From positions 1-38,036 of the IMG/VR virus record IMGVR_UViG_3300021387_000308: DNA of 38,036 bases; one strand, given 5' to 3'. Both the position numbers and the translations under genes were made by a program. The DNA is from a virus. Lineage: Duplodnaviria; Heunggongvirae; Uroviricota; Caudoviricetes. Shown in pieces: positions 33,801-38,036 of this stretch; position 1 is the first letter of the stretch, and each line of letters opens with the position of its first letter. A model generated the notes under the pieces. It was given only the letters and a program-made list of their open reading frames with translations, did not search any database and was not told where the DNA came from.

Positions 33801-35784
33801 TTAGTATAATCAAGTTAAAGAAGATAAAGATGCTCTTGAAACAGCTAATAAAAACTTATCTACTGCAAAATCAAATCAAAAGAGCGCTGATAAGAAAGTG
33901 GCAAAAAGAAAGAAAAAAGTAGAAAAATATGCTGATATATTTAGTTCTGACTAGTTAGAACAGTTAAATAAAGGAGAGACTATAGATTTAGGTAAAATAA
34001 CAGATAAAAAAGTTGTAAAAGCAATTGAAGATTATAATGGAGCATTAGATAATAGTGCTCAAAAAGCCCAGGAGGTTCAAGATGCTCAAGAGGCTGTTGA
34101 TACTGCAAGTAAGAATTTATTGAATGATTAGATGGATTATAGTACTTCATATGTTCAGAATGAGATTGATAAATTTAATAATATTAAAGATTATTATTCC
34201 AACATCCGAGAACAACAAAGTACTAGATTCTCAAATCTTGAGAAAGATTATGCTCGAAGAGAAGCTCATGGTCAATATAAAACTATGGGAGAATTTGATG
34301 ATAAGATTAATCATAGAAAACAAGATATAGCCACTATGCGTGAAGAGCAACATGAATTAGCAAAACAATTAGCAGATTCTGTTTCAAGCGGAAAAATAAA
34401 AGAGGGTTCGGATGAATGGAAATCTATGATGCACGAAATTGAACTCGTGACAGGAGAAATAAAAGATACCGAAGTCGAAGTAGAAAACTTAACACAAGAT
34501 TAGATTGATTTAAAATATGATGAATTGTTTGAAAGAGCTGCAAAGAAAGCTGATTTGTTTATTGATCGTCTTCAAACAATTGTAGGATTGATTTCTGATG
34601 ATATGATGTTTGATAATGATGGACTTTTAACTGAATATGGTGCGTTAGCGTTATAGGAAAACGCAAAAGCTTTAAATGCAAACATTAGTAACCTTAAGAG
34701 ATATATTGCCGAAAGAAGAGAAATACAAGATGATTATAATAGAGACGCAGAATATGGACAGGAAAAATATGATAGATTAATGGCTGAGAATTAGAGTAAT
34801 ATAGAAAAATATCTTAAAGATGCTAATTCAACTAGATAGGCTGTTCTTGATATAATTAAAAAACAGTCTGAAGAAGAAGTAAAGGCTATTAATAAAGTGA
34901 TTGATAAACGAAAAGAAGCCCTTCAAAAGAAAAAAGATTATTATGATTGGGATAAGACACTTAGAGGTAAAACAAAAGATATCCAACAACTGGAAGCTTA
35001 GGTCGCTGCTCTTTCTGGTATAGAAACCGCCGAGGCAAAATCAAAAAGAGCAAAGCTGCAAGAAGAATTAAGCAATGCAAATGAGGATTTAGAGGATACC
35101 ATCAGAAATCATGTATATGAAACTCAAGTTGAAGGTTTGGATAAAATGTCAGAACAATTAAACGAAAATCTAGAGAAGTGGATAAAAGAACTGGCATAGA
35201 ACTTAGATAAAGCTTCAGATACTATTACTAATGCAATTAATAATACTTCTTCTCCAGAAGCACTCTCTTCTGCTCTTGGTGCAATACTTGGATAGTTTGG
35301 TATCAGTGAGTCTACTCTTGAAGGTGTTGGATTTAGTCTTAATACTAAAAATTATGCGAGTGGGACTAAACGTATCACCAAAGAAACTTTAGCAAATACA
35401 AATGAAAAAGGAAGAGAAATTATTGTAACAAAAACTGGTATTCTTACCAAACTTGAACCTGGAGATGGTGTTGTGCCTAATAATTTGACAGAAAATTTCT
35501 TTGAAGCTGCAAAAAATTATCCGATGATGATGAATACTATTCGTCAATTAACTAATGGTTAGAATATGTTATCACAGCTTAAAGATATTACTTCAAATAA
35601 TGTTGGAGGTGTTGAAGTACATCAGCATTATGATAATTTGATTAATATCTAGGGTAATGCTGATGCTGCAACTGTTGAAGAATTGAAGAAGTTTAGTAAA
35701 GAATTTTTAGAAAGATCATATGAATACACTTCTAAGCGTATAAATCAAGACTATCGTAGAACTGGTGGTCTTAGAAAGATTTAA
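12832..35784 (+). CDS. Giant tape measure protein, 7,650 aa (TAG=Gln), TP901-family core with embedded cargo domains
   Basis: RBS AAGAGGTG, ATG 12832. All long + track ORFs from 14140 to 34503 share this frame. Reading the frame by hand I found about 150 TAG and no TAA/TGA until TAA 35782-35784. The TMP core lies at about 22340-23330 (ELDTQLTEMRKVS...DWMRLG...NVSEF...IIDKLNNIGNNFSIS...SLRTISLRL). Hydrophobic segments at about 23350-23460 and 23830-23940. It is followed by a terminator and a Dit-like gene. Confidence 0.9.
14212..14253 (+). repeat. Gly/Thr low-complexity linker within TMP
   Basis: Encodes GGTGGGTGTGTGTG. Confidence 0.8.
26300..28420 (+). repeat. Degenerate repeats of about 110-117 aa in TMP
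   Basis: ELPLTKIEE (about 26317), NLPITRLQNEADMLSHET (26650), NLPLTRLQNEAEALSHET (27001), NLPADNV (27682), NLPLLKLQNE (28339). The 26650 and 27001 copies are also similar at DNA level. Confidence 0.65.
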
Positions 35785-35789
35785 ATATG

Positions 35790-35820
35790 TGAGGGTGGAT
35801 TAATTTCTACCCTCATATTT
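35790..35820 (+). terminator. Terminator-like hairpin after TMP
   Basis: TGAGGGTGG-ATTAATTT-CTACCCTC followed by an AT/T-rich tail. The stem is the same as at 11531-11555. Confidence 0.7.
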
Positions 35821-35847
35821 TATATTAATAAAGGAGGTGAGGTGTAA

Positions 35848-36735
35848 TTGATTAATGATGATTTTTTATATAATGGATACTTGTTATCAGATTATGGCAT
35901 GTCTTTAGTAGATCCAGAAGAAGAAATGTAGCTTGTTGGTAGAAATGTTGAAAGAGGAGAAATTACATCTATCAGGTCAGTTCCAAATTATTATGGAGTA
36001 TCTTATTCTGATACATTAATTTTATATTTTAGGATAATGAAAACAGATGGAATTTGTAGTAGTAATAATGAAGACTTATATATGAGTAACTTTGAAATTC
36101 ATAGTATAAGATCTTGGCTTGAAAGTCCTAAAAGAAATTTAGAATTAAGATTATATATTGAAAATAGAGATTTTGGAGAAAATTTCGTTGGGTTATTCAC
36201 AGAAGTTTAGCCATTATTTATTAATGGAAAATGTTTTGGGTTGGATTTAACATTTACTTGTGATGCTCCATATGGATATTCTGATGAACATATTGAAACA
36301 TGCTATGTAGATGGTTCTAGTGATGATATTTATTGTAGATTTTACAATGGTTCTGCTGAATGGAATGAATACTAGTATCCAGTTATTACAATTTATTCTT
36401 CTGATGTTTTCGGAGATAATGAAACTATAAATATTATAAATGAAACTGACAATAAAACTACTACTATTACTCTTCCTCCGGGAATCAATAAATTAATTAT
36501 AGATGCAAAAAACAAGACTATTACTGATGGTGATGGTAATCTTATATCAATGAATGATATTGGAATTAATTCTATATTTGATCAATATAGTTATATGTCT
36601 ATGGATACGATTCTGTTTAATTGGCCTCAATTTTTATATGGAGACAATGATATAGTAATAAGAGCATCATCTGGTAATAGTATAGATAAAGTAGAAATAT
36701 CCGCAAGAGATATTATTAAGTCAGGAGGGGTCTGA
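35848..36735 (+). CDS. Distal tail (Dit)-like protein, 295 aa
   Basis: RBS AAAGGAGGTGAGG, TTG start. Reads DFLYNGYLLSDYG...IRSWLESPK...LTFTCDAPYGYS, typical of siphophage Dit. Two TAGs; TGA overlaps the next ATG. It sits directly after TMP. Confidence 0.75.
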
Positions 36736-38036
36736 TGTTTCTATTAAATGTTTTTGGTAATCCACAGCCCCTTAGTATATATTTAAGTAAAGCTGATGGT
36801 GAAGTATTAACAATACTAAATAATATTATTGTAGAAGATTCTGCTAACTTAAGTTTAGGACTTAATCAATAGTATGAATTGAGTTTTGATATTAAAACAG
36901 ATAGTGATAATATATGGTTGCAATATATTACAGAAGGGATGTATTTATTTGTAGAAAAAATTGGATTATTTAGAGTATATGACACACCAATATAGAGAGA
37001 TGGTGTAACAGATACTAAATCTATAACAGCTCAAAGTGTTGATAGTGAATTTGATTCTATTATTTTAAATTTTCCAGTTAATACAGGATTGAAAAATTCG
37101 ATGGAATATTTGGTTAAATATGATGATGATGAAACAGAAGTTCTTATAAATCCTTATACGGGAATACCATATGATTGGATTGTTCTATATAATACATTTC
37201 ATATTTAGCTCCATATTTTAGATAATAAAATTACAAATGGTGATTATGGTAATGAATATAATAATAACGGTGATCTAGTTGTAACTGATCCTAATGCGAT
37301 TGCGGAACTTACCGAGTATTTTAATACTATACCAAGACTTAAAAGTAAAATTGTTTTTTCAGATAATGAAGATGGATCTTAGGATAGTAGTCTTATTGAA
37401 TATGTTATTGTAGAAAAAGATCCAAATGATGAGGAGACCGTAATTTCATATTTACTTACTAGGAGTTTTCGTACTAGAATTGAAGAATTAATATCATTTT
37501 ATGCAAAATACAGAAAATAGTTAAGTCTTTTGGATATAATCTTTGAAAAAACAGGATATAACTGGCAAGTTGGTAATATTTGGGGATGTGATAATTTAGA
37601 TTTTTCTCTTGCAAATAAAAAACACCAATTCGAAATAAATGAAACAGCCTATTCATTTTTGACTTAGACTTTGGCTAGAGATATAAAATCTGTTGTAAAT
37701 TTTGATAACATAAAAAGATTGGTTAATATTACACCAGTTGATGAAATTGGCGAAGACACTGGTATAACGATAGGTTATGATAATTTAGTAAATCAATTAA
37801 ACATTAATACAAATGAAGATATGCTAACAACACGAATATATGTTTCTGGAGAAAATGAATTATCTGTTGCCAGAGTTAATTTTGGAAGTGACATTGTTGA
37901 TGATTTGTCATATAAAGTAAATGCAAAAGATAGCAATGGTAAAAGAATATATGTTTCGGATGATTTTGCTGAAAGATATAATATATTTGTGGATTACAGA
38001 GAAAACCTTAGAGATAGATATATTTAGTTGTCTAAA
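36735..38036 (+). CDS. Tal/baseplate-hub-like tail protein, 3'-truncated (more than 434 codons)
   Basis: TGATG coupling and RBS GGAGGGG. Reads YELSFDI...GLFRV...KSITAQS...TTRIYVSGENELSVARVNFG. The frame stays open with TAG=Gln to the window end. Position is TMP-Dit-Tal. Confidence 0.7.

Noticed and set aside
7206-34330. Alternative-frame + strand track ORFs (7206-7391, 10176-10382, 11161-11370, 14174-14386, 18032-18220, 22991-23224, 25319-25588, 26531-26869, 29072-29272, 30872-31084, 31967-32212, 34124-34330)
   Set aside because: They are off-frame overlaps of the true genes, with Leu/Ile/Met/Lys-rich shadow composition and no SD.
12832-35784. TAG-ATG pairs in TMP (for example 16072, 23728, 26227, 27505, 34129) as stop-restart junctions of separate genes
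   Set aside because: I saw no SD upstream of these ATGs. Domains run across TAGs (both the ART-like and JAB-like regions contain them), and Gln-Met dipeptides are expected by chance in 7,650 aa.
2350-37656. All minus-strand ORFs in the track (for example 8618-9019, 10995-11387, 16986-17405, 31644-31943)
   Set aside because: They are antisense shadows of + strand genes with biased composition, and I saw no convincing RBS or protein motif.
285-38036. Massive pseudogenisation of a decayed prophage
   Set aside because: The interruptions are exclusively TAG. Apart from the intron there are no frameshifts or internal TAA/TGA, and RBSs and catalytic motifs are intact. This fits recoding, not decay.
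1-38036. Suppressor tRNA (CUA anticodon), rRNA or CRISPR array
   Set aside because: The intergenic spaces are short and none shows a cloverleaf or a regular repeat-spacer pattern. If the recoding machinery is phage-encoded, it must lie outside this window.

Overview
This is a 38 kb piece of a large, AT-rich tailed phage or prophage, probably of a Firmicutes (Clostridia-like) host. Every real gene I found is on the + strand. The supplied ORF track is fragmented because the genome reads TAG as a sense codon, most likely Gln (translation table 15). Re-read with only TAA/TGA as stops, the fragments join into a gene-dense morphogenesis region. In order it holds: putative head-tail joining genes (one split by a 272-nt group I intron), a tail tube gene, and an accessory block of about 6.5 kb. 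That block carries a tyrosine recombinase, a secreted Ig-domain plus metzincin protease, a RusA-like resolvase and a six-gene cassette of unknown function. Two pre-TMP genes follow, then a single 22,953-nt tape measure ORF (7,650 aa, about 150 in-frame TAG by my hand count, no TAA/TGA), a Dit-like gene and the start of a Tal/baseplate-hub-like gene. The most striking points are (i) the giant TMP, which has a JAB/MPN-like metalloprotease motif, an ADP-ribosyltransferase-like domain and a third unnamed globular domain embedded in it, (ii) the six-gene peptidase/low-complexity/Cys-rich/BclA-like cassette, and (iii) the intron, whose 3' splice site appears non-canonical. All family calls are by-eye motif recognition; no searches were run. 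No tRNA, rRNA or CRISPR array was seen.
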